64,000 bases of DNA, taken from positions 62,001 to 126,000 of the forward strand of contig NW_021835954.1 of assembly GCF_006345805.1 (NCBI RefSeq), in the 5' to 3' direction. Below are positions 22,315-34,537 of the stretch, piece by piece (the first letter of the stretch is position 1; each line of letters starts with the position of its first letter). The DNA comes from Octopus sinensis (lineage: Eukaryota). The notes below the pieces were generated by a model. The model was not told the origin of the DNA. It ran no database searches and was given only the letters and a program-made list of their open reading frames with translations. A program made the translations under genes and the position numbers.

Positions 22315-23172
22315 GATGATTCATCCCCCCAGTTGTAATTGTAGGATTAGATCGAAATGTCCAATATCTGGCCACTGTTTGGTCCAAAATGTAATTTATG
22401 AATGTACAATAGTGACTTCAAATAATAACTATCTTTATTTTGGTTGTTCAGTGGATTTAAAAAAAACGTTTAAACAATCATTTTTCCTCCTTTAGGCTTA
22501 AATACAAGGCATGTTGCACAACATTGTCTAGTAAAATTTGGGAACTGAAAAGGAATAATATAGAATTCAACCTGAAATGGGATATAGTAAGGAAAGCACG
22601 GCCTTATAAAAATAGTAGGGATGGTTGTGAACTTTGTTCTTTGGAAACATATGAAATTTTAAAACATAGGCGCAGGAGTGGCTGTGTGGTAAGTAGCTTG
22701 CTAACCAACCACATGGTTCCGGGTTCAGTCCCACAGCGTGGCATCTTGGGCAAGTGTCTTCTGCTATAGCCCCGGGATGACCAATGCTTTGTGAGTGGAT
22801 TTGGTAGACGGAAACTGAAAGAAGCCTGTCGTATATATGTATATATATATAAGTGTGTGTGTATATGTTTGTGTGTCTGTGTTTCTCCCCCTAGCATTGC
22901 TTGACAACCGATGCTGGTGTGTTTATGTCCCCGTCACTTAGCGGTTCGACAAAAGAGACTGATAGAATAAGTACTGGGCTTACAAAGAATAAGTCCCGGG
23001 GTCGAGTTGCTCGACTAAAGGCGGTGCTCCAGCATGGCCGCAGTCAAATGACTGAAACAAGTAAAAGAGTAAAGAGAGAGTATAGGAATAATACAAATCT
23101 ATTAAATAACCGTTCTGAACTAGGAGCATCTTGCATACATCGCACAACCCGTACGTTTAAATATTTTAAATA
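22315..23172 (+). pseudogene. Penelope-like (Neptune-type) GIY-YIG endonuclease C-terminus, split by a SINE
   Basis: CNCRIRSKCPISGHCLVQNVIYECT...YLYFG; LSSKIWELK...LKWDIVRKARPY...CELCSLE; after the SINE the frame resumes RNNTNLLNNRSELGASCIHR. Confidence 0.85.
22669..23080 (+). mobile_element. SINE family B, full length, nested in the Penelope ORF
   Basis: Full consensus match; ATAGG on both sides. Confidence 0.9.
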
Positions 23173-24189
23173 ATAATATTTTGACCATTCCTAAATTTTT
23201 CAAATTTTAATTCTTTATAACTAAATCATCATCATCATCAGGAATGAATATACCATACTAGCTTTTAATTCAACATGCATAGATTACTAAAAAACTTCAT
23301 TGCATACTTAGAATTAAATTCTCTTTTTTTATTTTTTTTTAATAATCTCCTATATTAAATAGTATAAATTCTATGTCCCTAAGGAAACTACTCGGTTCAT
23401 CTTGATTACCTCACTTCCATTTCTTGATATATCATTAACCCAGGATATCTTTACCTAACTAATTAGCTTCTCTCCACGAGTAATAAATATTATGTCAAAC
23501 AGATTCATTAATTTAATTCATTAATAACAATTCACTATCTACTAAATCTGAGTAATTTACTCTTCTTAATTACTTCTCTTCATAAAAATTAATCACCTTC
23601 TACTAAACCTAAGAAAAGTACTCATCTTGATTACTCCTCTTCCAGTTTTTCTAATATATATATTTGACCCCTAATATATTCACTTTATTAATAAGACTTT
23701 TGTCCTCAGTTATTGAGTATTATACCTACTCATAATAAATTATAGATTATTCTCCAAAATTAATAAATATTAGATTTATAATTTCTCCTTTAATCCAACA
23801 TATCAAAATAATCAACTCCTACTAGCTAAGTATAAAGCCGATCTATATAAGTATAAAGGAATCTCTGTATTCTCTATAAGTTTTTGGTATATAGGTGGTC
23901 ATTGTGACCATCTAGCATTGACCTAGTTTTCTCCATACAAAATCTGTTTGCCAAATTGTAGTAAACAACTTCTAGGGCATTATAATCCCCTCTCTACTTT
24001 AATTTCTTTAGGAATAACTTCTAACATTTATTTCACCCCTATTTCTATAAATAGAAAACCTCTTTTGTCTCCATTCAACTGAATATCCTTCCCCACTTTC
24101 TAGCAGTTCAAAATAACTTAAAGAATATTCTTCAGTCAGAAGATAAACTCTAATACCTTAATGTTCTTAAAATTCAAATCAAAATCTCT

Positions 24190-24480
24190 GTCTATATATC
24201 TACCCTCTCTATAATGTTATCAATTAATATGAAAATAGGTATTAATGGAAAACCTCTATAAATGGCTGATGATTGCTCAACATTTTAAAACTGTTGTAAT
24301 ACTTACAATGTTTAATAAAATGATGTAGCGTGAAACAATCGTACCAAATTACCGAAGATATTCTTGTTGCTTATTTTGATTATAATCACCCCACGGATTT
24401 ATATGGATAACACCATACAAAATTCTGGTGCAACTAACTTAAGTACCATATTCATTTGAATCTAAATTTTGCTGAACTTA
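24190..24480 (+). mobile_element. Hammerhead-bearing Penelope-type repeat (same family as the 51 kb fold-back)
   Basis: Colinear with 51300-51535 and with the reverse complement of 50994-51210; ends ...TCTAAATTTTGCTGAACTT followed by (TA)n. Confidence 0.7.
24263..24346 (+). ncRNA. Type-I hammerhead ribozyme with extended helix II
   Basis: UGG-CUGAUGA-U-UGCU...AGCG-U-GAA-AC(AAUC)GU-A-CCA; U-U at the first helix II position. Confidence 0.55.
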
Positions 24481-24663
24481 TATATATATATATATATATA
24501 CACACACATATATTCAGTCACACATACATATGTGCATAGATAACTACATGCATACATAAATAGAGATACGTGTGTGCATACATATATACTCACATACAAA
24601 CACATAAATATACATACACATGCATACATACACACATATATACATACATGCATGGATACATAC

Positions 24664-24700
<37 letters not shown>

Positions 24701-24821
24701 TATATATATATATATAGACACGCATACATACTCACATACATGCACACATACATGCACACAGACATACAGACAACATACATACGCATAAATACATACATAT
24801 ATACACATAAATATATACACA

Positions 24822-24857
<36 letters not shown>

Positions 24858-24981
24858 CAAGATAAGGGCAAAAGAAAAATTCTAATGCCAAATATGCCGA
24901 AAAAAAAGACAAAATTGTCAATAACCATTATAATTTATGCGTCTCAAAACAAACCGATAGAAATTTCTAAAAAATCCGTTA

Positions 24982-25041
24982 TTACCGTATTGGTCCAATT
25001 TCAGGGTTAGTTCGTAAGAATTTTCCCCTCTTCAGCGATAA
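24982..25041 (-). ncRNA. Type-I hammerhead ribozyme, intact core, AUA triplet
   Basis: Minus strand UUAUCG-CUGAAGA-GGGG...CCCU-GAA-AUUGG(A)CCAAU-A-CGGUAA. Confidence 0.7.
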
Positions 25042-25086
25042 ATACGTGAGATATAAGTGAAATACTTACTCATACCCATACATTAG

Positions 25087-25172
<86 letters not shown>

Positions 25173-25807
25173 TCGTGTGTATGTGTGTGTGTGCATATTA
25201 TACATGCACATACATACACATACACACACATATGGACATACACCTGCCAGCACAAAGCTTTGACCTTATAATTCCAAATGCCTCCATCGCTTCATGCTAT
25301 TGGATTGCAAACCTCCTTTCAGATAAAACTGAACCGTATTAGTGGAAACACACACGCACACACAAATGCATGTATATGTACGTATGTATATATGTGTGTA
25401 CTATTTGTGTGTGTCTGTGTGTCTTTTGTTTTCTTTATGCTGTAACCTGCATCTGTATTTTGTATTCTATGTCAATACACAATGTAAGCCTACTAGCAGT
25501 CATCTGCCTTCCTACATATATCTATGTGTGTGTGTGTGTGTGTGTGCGTGCGCGCGTGCGTGTGTGTGTCTGCACGTGTGAATGTTTGTATGGATGTGTG
25601 TATATGTGTGTATGTATGTTTGTGTTTGTATGTATATATATATATACTCATTACATACATACAGGCAGTTATCTACCTTCCTACATATATGTGTGTGTGT
25701 GCGCGTGCGTATGTGTCTGTGTCTGCGTGTGTGCATGTTTGTATGGATGTATGTATATGTATATATATATATGTGTGTGTGTATGTATATATATATATAT
25801 ACTCATT

Positions 25808-25973
25808 ACATACATACATACATACATGCATGCATGCATACATACATACATACATACATACATACATACATGCAAGCATGCATGCATACATACATGCATA
25901 CATTCATACATACATACATGCATGCATGCGTGCATACATACATGCATACTTACATACATACATACATACATAC

Positions 25974-26004
<31 letters not shown>

Positions 26005-26265
26005 CATGCAGGCATGCATGCATACATACATACATACATACATACTTACATACATACATACATACATACACACATACATACATACATACATACATACATA
26101 CATACATGCATGCATGCATGCATGCATACATACATACATACATACATACATACTTACATACATACATACATACATACATACACACATACATACATACATA
26201 CATACTTACATACATACATACATACATACATACATGCATGCATGCATGCATACATACATACATAC

Positions 26266-26296
<31 letters not shown>

Positions 26297-26345
26297 CATA
26301 CATGCATGCATGCATGCATGCATGCATACATACATCCATACATAT
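25808..26345. repeat. About 530-bp (CATA)n array
   Basis: Direct reading; opposite orientation to the 18.2-19.1 kb array. Confidence 0.95.
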
Positions 26346-26867
26346 GTATCATCCTCATCATCATGATTGAAAGAAGACGTTAAGCGATGATGATGATGAT
26401 GATGATGATATATATGTATGTAATGAGTACATGTATAAAAAAGGAGAGACTGAGAGAGACAGAAACAGAAAGACTGAGAGAGAGAGAGAGTGAAAGAAAG
26501 ATAGAAAGAAATCTTCTCTTTCGGATTCCATTTCTATTGAGGAAATAAAACTGTTTAAATCTATGGAAACTGTCTCCATCAGCCTCCGTTCATCATTAGG
26601 TTGCAGTTTATTTTGCTATTAATTAAGATTACTTTCTTTTATTTTGTATTTTTTCGTTTTTGTTGTTGCAGTTGCTGTGGTTGTTTATTTTATTTGTTAA
26701 TTCTTTAATTTATTTATATTTATTTATTTATTTATTTATTTATTTATTCCAGGGAAAGTATGAAGAGTGCACAGGAAATTGGTTGTTGAGTATGTGTGCA
26801 GAGCGACAAGATTACATGTATATAGATATCTTTATGTATAATTTATGCATATACATGTGTGTGTGTG

Positions 26868-26914
<47 letters not shown>

Positions 26915-26989
26915 GTATATATATATGATTTATTTATGTAGGAACAAAGTGAGTGAAAAGTAAGAGATAGGCAGAGACAGATGTGTAAA

Positions 26990-27076
26990 CGTATGTGTGT
27001 GTGAGTGTGGTCGTTTGTGTGCATTTGTGTATGTGAATATATATGTGTGTGCATGCATTGCACACACATCTGTATG

Positions 27077-27124
<48 letters not shown>

Positions 27125-27228
27125 TATATGTGTATATATATGTATATGTATATATATATATGTGTATATATGTATATATATATATATATATATGTATATG
27201 TATATATATATATGTGTATATATATATA

Positions 27229-27277
<49 letters not shown>

Positions 27278-27300
27278 GTGTTGTGTTGTGTGTGTGTGTG
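26990..27300. repeat. Compound (TA)n/(TG)n microsatellite
   Basis: Direct reading. Confidence 0.9.
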
Positions 27301-27595
27301 TATCATGATGCAAAGCATGACAAGCCTCTACCTTTTGAATTAAAGATACAATCCACGGCTCAGACAGGGACTAAAAAAATTGGCACTTGCCGAAGATTCT
27401 AGGCATTAGGAGCATCTTTGGCAGATATGAACATGTGTATATCAATATATGATTGTGCGTCTATGTGTACATATATATAGAAATAATTATGTATATACAT
27501 ACATATATCTATATGACTGTCTGTCTATGTAAGCATTTAATTATCTATCTAACTATCCACACACACACATATATATATATATATAATATATAAGT

Positions 27596-27793
27596 TAGAG
27601 ATAAAACCACTATTATGCAACTCAAACAGTGATAGACATAAACCAAAAGATAAATAACAAATAACATAAATTTTTATAAAACATATAACTAATAAGTAGA
27701 TCTCAAAAAGTATAAAAATGAATGATCGATATATAATAAGTAAAAGAAACTATGTACGTTTTATGAGTTGCATAATAGTGGTTTTATCTCTAA
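27596..27793. mobile_element. Short element with 30-bp perfect terminal inverted repeats
   Basis: TTAGAGATAAAACCACTATTATGCAACTCA ... TGAGTTGCATAATAGTGGTTTTATCTCTAA; the same motif ends the hammerhead repeat near 19110. Confidence 0.65.
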
Positions 27794-28009
27794 TTTATAT
27801 TTTATATATTTATTCTGTGAAATTTGATTTAATACTAAATTGAATATTTTCCTGTAAGTTTGGAGTTATACTCCCTAATATTATTATATATATATATATA
27901 TAATAAAGGATAAAATCCCTTTAATGATTTTATCAAGTGGTCAGTGCGAAATAAAAACCTCATAGGTAATTTTTATATACTATATCAATAATTATACACA
28001 TAATTATAT

Positions 28010-28191
28010 CAAGGGATCAGACGAGCCTCTTCTCATGCTGAAAATAGATGTTAAATGGCATTAAAAAGCACGATTGACCAAAAGTCTGATTTATTATTTT
28101 TTATTTGCCTGTGCTATAGAACATTTAAGGTGGTTTTTTAGTGCCATTAGGTGTCTATTTTCAGCATGAGGAGAGGCTCATCAATCCCTTG
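28010..28191. repeat. Fold-back element with about 58-bp imperfect arms
   Basis: CAAGGGATCAGACGAGCCTCTTCTCATGCTGAAAATAG... versus ...CTATTTTCAGCATGAGGAGAGGCTCATCAATCCCTTG. Confidence 0.65.
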
Positions 28192-28237
<46 letters not shown>

Positions 28238-28249
28238 ATATATATATAA

Positions 28250-30817
28250 TTTGCCAATGTCCTGCGCCGTGAGGATGAAAGACTTGAGGTATTTCGTGTT
28301 GCAAGACAGTGTGTGAGAGAGAATCGTGATGTGGTAGGAGAGAAATGTGTTCGCATGGAGGATGGTTCACTTGCGCTAAATGAGGATGCAAAGAGAGAAG
28401 CTTGGAGACGCCACTATGAAAGGTTACTGAATGAGGAAAATGAATGGGATAAAGAGAGTCTGCCGAATGTTGACCCTACAGAGGGACCAGCTATCCGAGT
28501 TGATAGTTCCGTGGTAGCTAAGGCAATTAGAAGCATGAAGACAGGAAAGCGCCAGGCCCATCAGGAATTACTGCAGAGATGCTCAAAATATCTGGCAGTG
28601 TCGGCTATAACCTAGTCACCCGTATAGTCAACCAGGTGATACACGAAGGAGTCATACCCAATGACTGGTGCAGCAGCATACTAGTCAACTGCTACAAAGG
28701 TAAAGGTGATGCCTAGATACAAATAATTACAGAGGTATCAAGCTGTTGGATCAAGTAATGAAGGTTACGGAGAGGGTCATAGCCCAACTAATTAGAGAGA
28801 GAGTAGTTTAGATGAGATGCAGTTTGGGTTCGTGCCAGGGAAAAGTACCACTGATGCTATATTCCTGGTAAGGCAGCTGCAGGAGAAATACCTAGCCAAA
28901 GATAAGCCCCTGTACCTGGCTTTCGTTGACATGGAGAAAGCTTTTGATAGGGTCCCCCGATCCCTTATCTGGTGGTCAATGAGGAAACTAGGGATAGATG
29001 AATGGCTGGTGAGGACTGTGCAAGCCATGTACAGAGATGCCGTAAGTAAAGGTAGGGTTGGCAACATGTACACAGAAGAATTCAAAGTAGAGGTTGGGGT
29101 CCACCAGGGTTCAGTACTCAGCCCCCTCCTATTTATCATAGTACTCCAGGCAATTACGGAGGAATTCAAGACAGGCTGTCCCTGGGAGCTCCTCTACGCT
29201 GACGACCTTGCTCTTATTGCTGAGTCACTATCAGAACTGGAGGAGAAGTTCCAGGTGTGGAAGGAGGGTTTAGAATCAAGGGGCCTTAGAGTCAACCTAG
29301 CTAAAACCAAAGTACTAATAAGTAGAAAGGTAGACAATCCACAAATATCTTCAGGAAGATGGCCCTGCTCGATCTGTAGAAAAGGTGTGTAGGTAGAACT
29401 CTATAAGATGTACCCAGTGTAAGCTATGGACACATAAGAGGTGCAGCAATGTCAAAGGTAGGCTAACTGGGAAGATAGTTTTTGTATGTGGCAGATGCTC
29501 GGGAGCATTAACCTCCGAAAATCTGCAGAAAACAACTTCCGTCACTTTCCAGGGGGAAAAACTAGAAGTAGTTGATAGCTTCCGTTATCTAGGTGACCAA
29601 GTCAGTAGTGGGGGGGGTGGGTGCGCTGAAAGTGTAACTGCTAGAATAAGAATAGCCTGGGCAAAGTTTAGGGAGCTCTTACCTCTGCTGGTGACTAAAG
29701 GCCTCTCGCTCAGAGTAAAAGGCAGACTGTATGATGCGTGTGTACGAACAGCCATGCTACATGGCAGCGAAACATGGGCCGTGACTGCTGAGGACATGCG
29801 TAAGCTCGTGAGGAATGAAGCCAGTATGCTCCGATGGATGTGTAATGTCAGTGTACATACTCGACAGAGCGTTAGCACCTTGAGAGAAATGTTGTACCTA
29901 AGTAGCATCAGTTGTGGTGTGCAGAGAGACGATTGCGCTGGTATGGTCATGTGGCGAGAATGGATGAAGATAGGTGTGTGAGAAAGTGCCAATCCCTAGC
30001 AGTTGAGGGAACCCGTGGGAGAGGTAGACCCAGGAAAACCTGGGACGAGGTGGTGAAGCACGACCTTCGAACTCTAGGCCTCACTGAGGAAATGACCAGA
30101 GACCGAGACCTTTGGAAATATTCTGTACGTGAGAAGACCAGGCAGGACAAGTGAGCCCAGCCCACTTATGAATGCCTTTCCTCCCTTGGACACAAAGACC
30201 GGCTGAAGCAAGCGAAGTCGATATAGAACCTCATCCGACGACAGACACCCATGCCAACCCCCCATGCTTGCGAAGACATGTTGGGGCAAGCGAAATCGAA
30301 ATCGAAACCGAATTGAACCAGCCAGGATCCCATGCCTGGTGGTACGTAAAAAGCACTATCCGACTCGTGGCCGTGGCACGTAAAATACTCCAATGCGACC
30401 GTACGACAGGCACCCATGCAACCTCCTTTGCTTGTGAAGACATGTTGGGGCAAGCGAAATCGAAATCGAATTGAACCAGCCAGGATCCCTGGTCTGGTGG
30501 TACGTAAAAAGCACTATCCAACTCGTGGCCGATGCCAGCACCGCCTCGACTGGCTTCCGTGCGGTGGCACATAAAATACACCAATCTGACCGTGGCCGTT
30601 GCCAGCCCGCCTGGCACTGTGCAGGTGGCACGTAAAAAGCACCCACTACACTCACGGAGTGGTTGGCGTTAGGAAGGGCATCCAGCTGTAGAAACATTGC
30701 CAAATTAGACTGGAGCCTGGTGCAGCCTTCTGGCTGCCCAGAACCCCGGTCGAACCGTCCAACCCATGCTAGCATGGAGAACGGACGTTAAACGACGATG
30801 ATGATGATGATGATGAT
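28250..30817 (+). mobile_element. 5'-truncated RTE-clade LINE: RT, PHD-like Cys cluster, C-terminus and about 660-nt 3' UTR with (GAT)n tail; frameshifted
   Basis: QFGFVPGKSTTDAIF, AFVDMEKAFDRVPR, GVHQGSVLSPLLF, LLYADDL, CSICRKGV..CTQCKLWTHKRC..CGRC, HGSETW, RRLRWYGHV, RGRGRPRKTW; stop at 30154; several frame changes; inserted in (TA)n. Confidence 0.95.
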
Positions 30818-30837
30818 ATATATATATATATATATAT

Positions 30838-31084
30838 ACTCTTTTACTCTTTTACTTGTTTCAGTCATTTGATTGTGGCCATACTGGGGCACAGCCTTTA
30901 GTCGAAGGAATCGACCCCAGGACTTATTCTTTGTAAGCCTAGTACTTATTCTATCAGTTTCTTTTGCTGAACCACTAAGTTATGGGGATACGGAGATGTA
31001 AGCACACCAGCATTGGTTGTCAAACGATACTGGGGTACAAACACAGACACACAAACATATACACACACATACATACATACATGC

Positions 31085-31119
<35 letters not shown>

Positions 31120-31257
31120 CACGACGGGCTTCTTTCAGTTTCCATCTACCAAATCCACTCACAAGGCTTTGGTCAGCCTGAGGCTATAGTAGAAGACACT
31201 TGTCCAAGGTGCCACACAGTGGGACTGAACCCAGAACCATATGGTTGGTAAGCAAGA
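30838..31257 (-). mobile_element. SINE family B, near full length
   Basis: Reverse complement of the family-B consensus seen elsewhere in the window. Confidence 0.85.
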
Positions 31258-31679
31258 TATAACAGCAATTTAAGATTAAGCTGAACAATAGCTCAATACT
31301 TTTTTAGTACAAGGTAAAGGTTGACAATGACTTTGATGTTTCAACTTGCTCACCTTCATGAAACACCTGTTTTAATATGTGCATACATACATTTATGAGT
31401 CTGCATGTGTAGAGAGAGAGATTATTTGTGTGTGAGGGTATGTGTATGTGTATATGCGTATGAGTATGTGTATATGCATGCATGAGTGTGCTTGCATGTA
31501 TGTATACAGAGAGAGGGGGGAAGAGAGAGATGGGAAGAGAGAGATGGGGAAGAATGAGTGAGAATGAGAAAGAGAAAGAGAGAGATACCTATATGATATT
31601 TTTGTGACATGCATAGTAAAAAAGCAGACACAGGTATATATGTACACACACACAGTTTAACAAGCATAAAACATATATA

Positions 31680-31765
31680 CATACATACATGCATACATAC
31701 ATACATACATACATACAGACATACACACATGAGCATGTATATATAGATATATATATGTATGTATG

Positions 31766-31817
<52 letters not shown>

Positions 31818-31934
31818 TATATATATATGTATATATATATGTCTATAAATATATATATATGTATATATATATATATAATATATATATATATATATGTTAT
31901 ATATATATATATATATTATATATATATATATAAT

Positions 31935-31968
<34 letters not shown>

Positions 31969-31995
31969 TGTATGTATGTATGTACGTATGTATAC
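31680..31995. repeat. Compound (CATA)n/(TA)n/(TATG)n microsatellite
   Basis: Direct reading. Confidence 0.9.
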
Positions 31996-32456
31996 ATGTA
32001 TATATGTTAATATGTAGGAGTATGTGAACGGGTGTGTATGCGAATACACACATGCATACAAAATTGACTAACTACAAATAAATGCATAAAAGATAATTAA
32101 GAAAAAAAATAAATAAACGAATGCAGAAAAGATTCTTAGTCAAATTGATAATCTCTTGAGTTGGAAATAAGATGCTTTTCTTTAATTAGTAGTGATGACA
32201 GCCATGGTAACGAGCCTTGCTCTAATGACGTCAATAGCTGTGATGAATTATCACAGCCAATCTACTCTCGCACACATGTTAATCGAAAAGAATGTTGATA
32301 TGGAGAATGAGAATTGGTCTCATCACAGAATTTCAAGAGTGATGCTCAATGTTGAACTGTTTTGTTTCCTCTACAATGGTAGAGAGAATCTCTCTCTCTC
32401 TCTCTCTCTCTTTCTCAACACACAACACACACACACACACATATATACATATATAC

Positions 32457-32502
<46 letters not shown>

Positions 32503-32814
32503 AAAATATATATATATATTCATACATTTATATTTGCATACATTTATGTATATATAAATACATTATACACACACACATATATACATATATATACATATAT
32601 ATACATTTATATTTGCATACATTTATGTATATATAAATACATTATATTTGTGTGTGTGTGTGTATGTGTGTGTGTGTGCTTGTCATCATCATCATCATCA
32701 TCATCATCATTTAACGTCTGCCTTCCAAATGTATATACACACATTGCACATTGTATGTACAGGTATGGCTGAGTGGTAAGAAGTTTGCTTATTAATCACA
32801 ATGGTCTATATATC

Positions 32815-33005
32815 TTTTATCATTTATCTTTTACTTGTTTTAGTAATTAGACTGCAGTCATGGGTGGGGGCCCAGCCCTGAAGAGCTTTTAGTCAAATGA
32901 ATTGATGCCAGTGCTTATTTATTTTACCAATCTCTTTTATCAAACTGCTAGGTTACGGCGACACAACCACACCAACACCAGTTGTCAAGCTGTGGTGCAG
33001 ATCCA
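32815..33005 (-). mobile_element. SINE family B, diverged 3' half
   Basis: TCTTTTACTTGTTTTAGT...GACTGCAGTCATG...GCTAGGTTACGG similarity. Confidence 0.6.
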
Positions 33006-33044
33006 ACACAAACACACACACACAAACACACATGTATATGTATA

Positions 33045-33090
<46 letters not shown>

Positions 33091-33393
33091 GTAAAAGCAC
33101 CATCCGCTTGTGCCCGTTGCCAGCCTCGCCTGGCCCCCATGCCGGTGGCATGTAAAAGCACCATCCGTTCATGGCCGTTTGCCAGCTCCGTCTGGCACCT
33201 GTGCGGGTGGCACGTAAAAAGCACCCACTACACTCACAGAGTGGTTGGCATTAAGAAGGGCATCCAGCCGTAGAAACACTGCGAGATCAGACTGGGCCTG
33301 ATGCAGCCTTCTGGCTTCACAGACCCCAGTTGAACCGTCCAACCCATGCTAGCATGGAAAGCAGACGCTAAATGATGATGATGATGATGATGA
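33091..33393 (+). mobile_element. 5'-truncated RTE LINE 3' UTR copy
   Basis: Units, core and (GAT)n tail; (TA)n on both sides. Confidence 0.85.
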
Positions 33394-33440
33394 TATATAT
33401 ATATATATACACACACATACATATATATATATACACACAC

Positions 33441-33515
<75 letters not shown>

Positions 33516-33559
33516 TTATGTGAGAGGTATTTGAGGACCTATTTGGTAGTTTAATAAAA

Positions 33560-34395
33560 CTAATCTACCAAATACCAAATGTATTTTAATTAGTATTTGT
33601 GCAAATGCTCTCAATAACCTTTTTTTATTCAATGAATTTGCCTCCTTCAGCTTTGATGTATGCTTCAATGCAGGACTGGAATCATTGAAATGCCTACACT
33701 AAATGGTCCTTATTCTTTCCAGACATCACCTGGACATTGGCAGTCATCACTAAAGCTATGAGATTGTGAAGTTGTCAGTTTGTCTCCATTTTAACCGCAT
33801 ACATGTAGCAGGTCATGGGATTTAAATCTGGAGAGTTTGGAGATCACAAGTTTGGTGCTACATGAATATTAGAATTATCTGACATCCATTGTGAGAAACT
33901 GAGTTCTGTTGAAACATGTATGGCCTTCCATTGCATGGCCATCTATCCTGGACTTAACAACTGTCTGTTTCGCCTCAACATATCCAGTAGCATTTATTCC
34001 GAGACCCTGTGAAAAGATGTGAGGTGGCATGACACGAACTTCATTACTCCTTACTCCTACAACCTTCACAGTTACTGGAAACTTAATGCTCATTACTCTG
34101 GGAACAACAGAAGCATCTGCAAATAACCATCTATAATTTCTCCTGTTAAACTCTTGGTCGTTGTTAAAGTTTTTCTCCTCAGAGAAGAACCAAAACATGT
34201 CATATTCATGCTGGTTTCTAACTTTGTTATGGAACTACTTGCCATGGTTCAGATGCTTTTCCTGTGTTTTTACAATCAAGAATTGGCTTCTCCCCAGTAC
34301 ATGCAACTTGTATCAAATGTCTACAATTCCAATAAGCTCCTCAAATATCTAAAGTTCTTTCGTAATAACCATACCCACACGCACACCTTAAGAAT
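33560..34395 (-). pseudogene. Tc1/mariner DD37D (maT-like) transposase remnant
   Basis: WFFSEEKNFNNDQEFNRRNYRWL...VPRVMSIKFPVTVKVVGV..NEVRVMPPHIF; downstream degenerate NSPDLNPMTCYM; same family as 9043-9830. Confidence 0.8.
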
Positions 34396-34461
34396 GTGAC
34401 TGCATGTGTATTGTTGGCGATTTTTTCCTCCATCTTCCCTTCCTTGGATCTTTCCTTTTCC

Positions 34462-34537
34462 TATGTTTCTGATGAAGAGCTCTGCTCGAAACGTTAAATC
34501 CTCCTTCTTTCTTTCCTTTCCTGAGCGTCCAATAACA
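34462..34537 (+). ncRNA. Type-I hammerhead ribozyme candidate with long pyrimidine loop III, GUC triplet
   Basis: CUGAUGA-A-GAGC(UCU)GCUC-GAA-ACGUU...AGCGU-C; helix I is weak (first pair mismatched). Confidence 0.5.

Noticed and set aside
28010-28191. Hammerhead in this fold-back (TGATGAG...GAAA)
   Set aside because: Helix II does not close properly and there is no valid NUH/helix III.
28250-30154. Active, intact LINE
   Set aside because: It is 5'-truncated (no endonuclease) with several frameshifts; some indels could be assembly errors, but it cannot be called autonomous.
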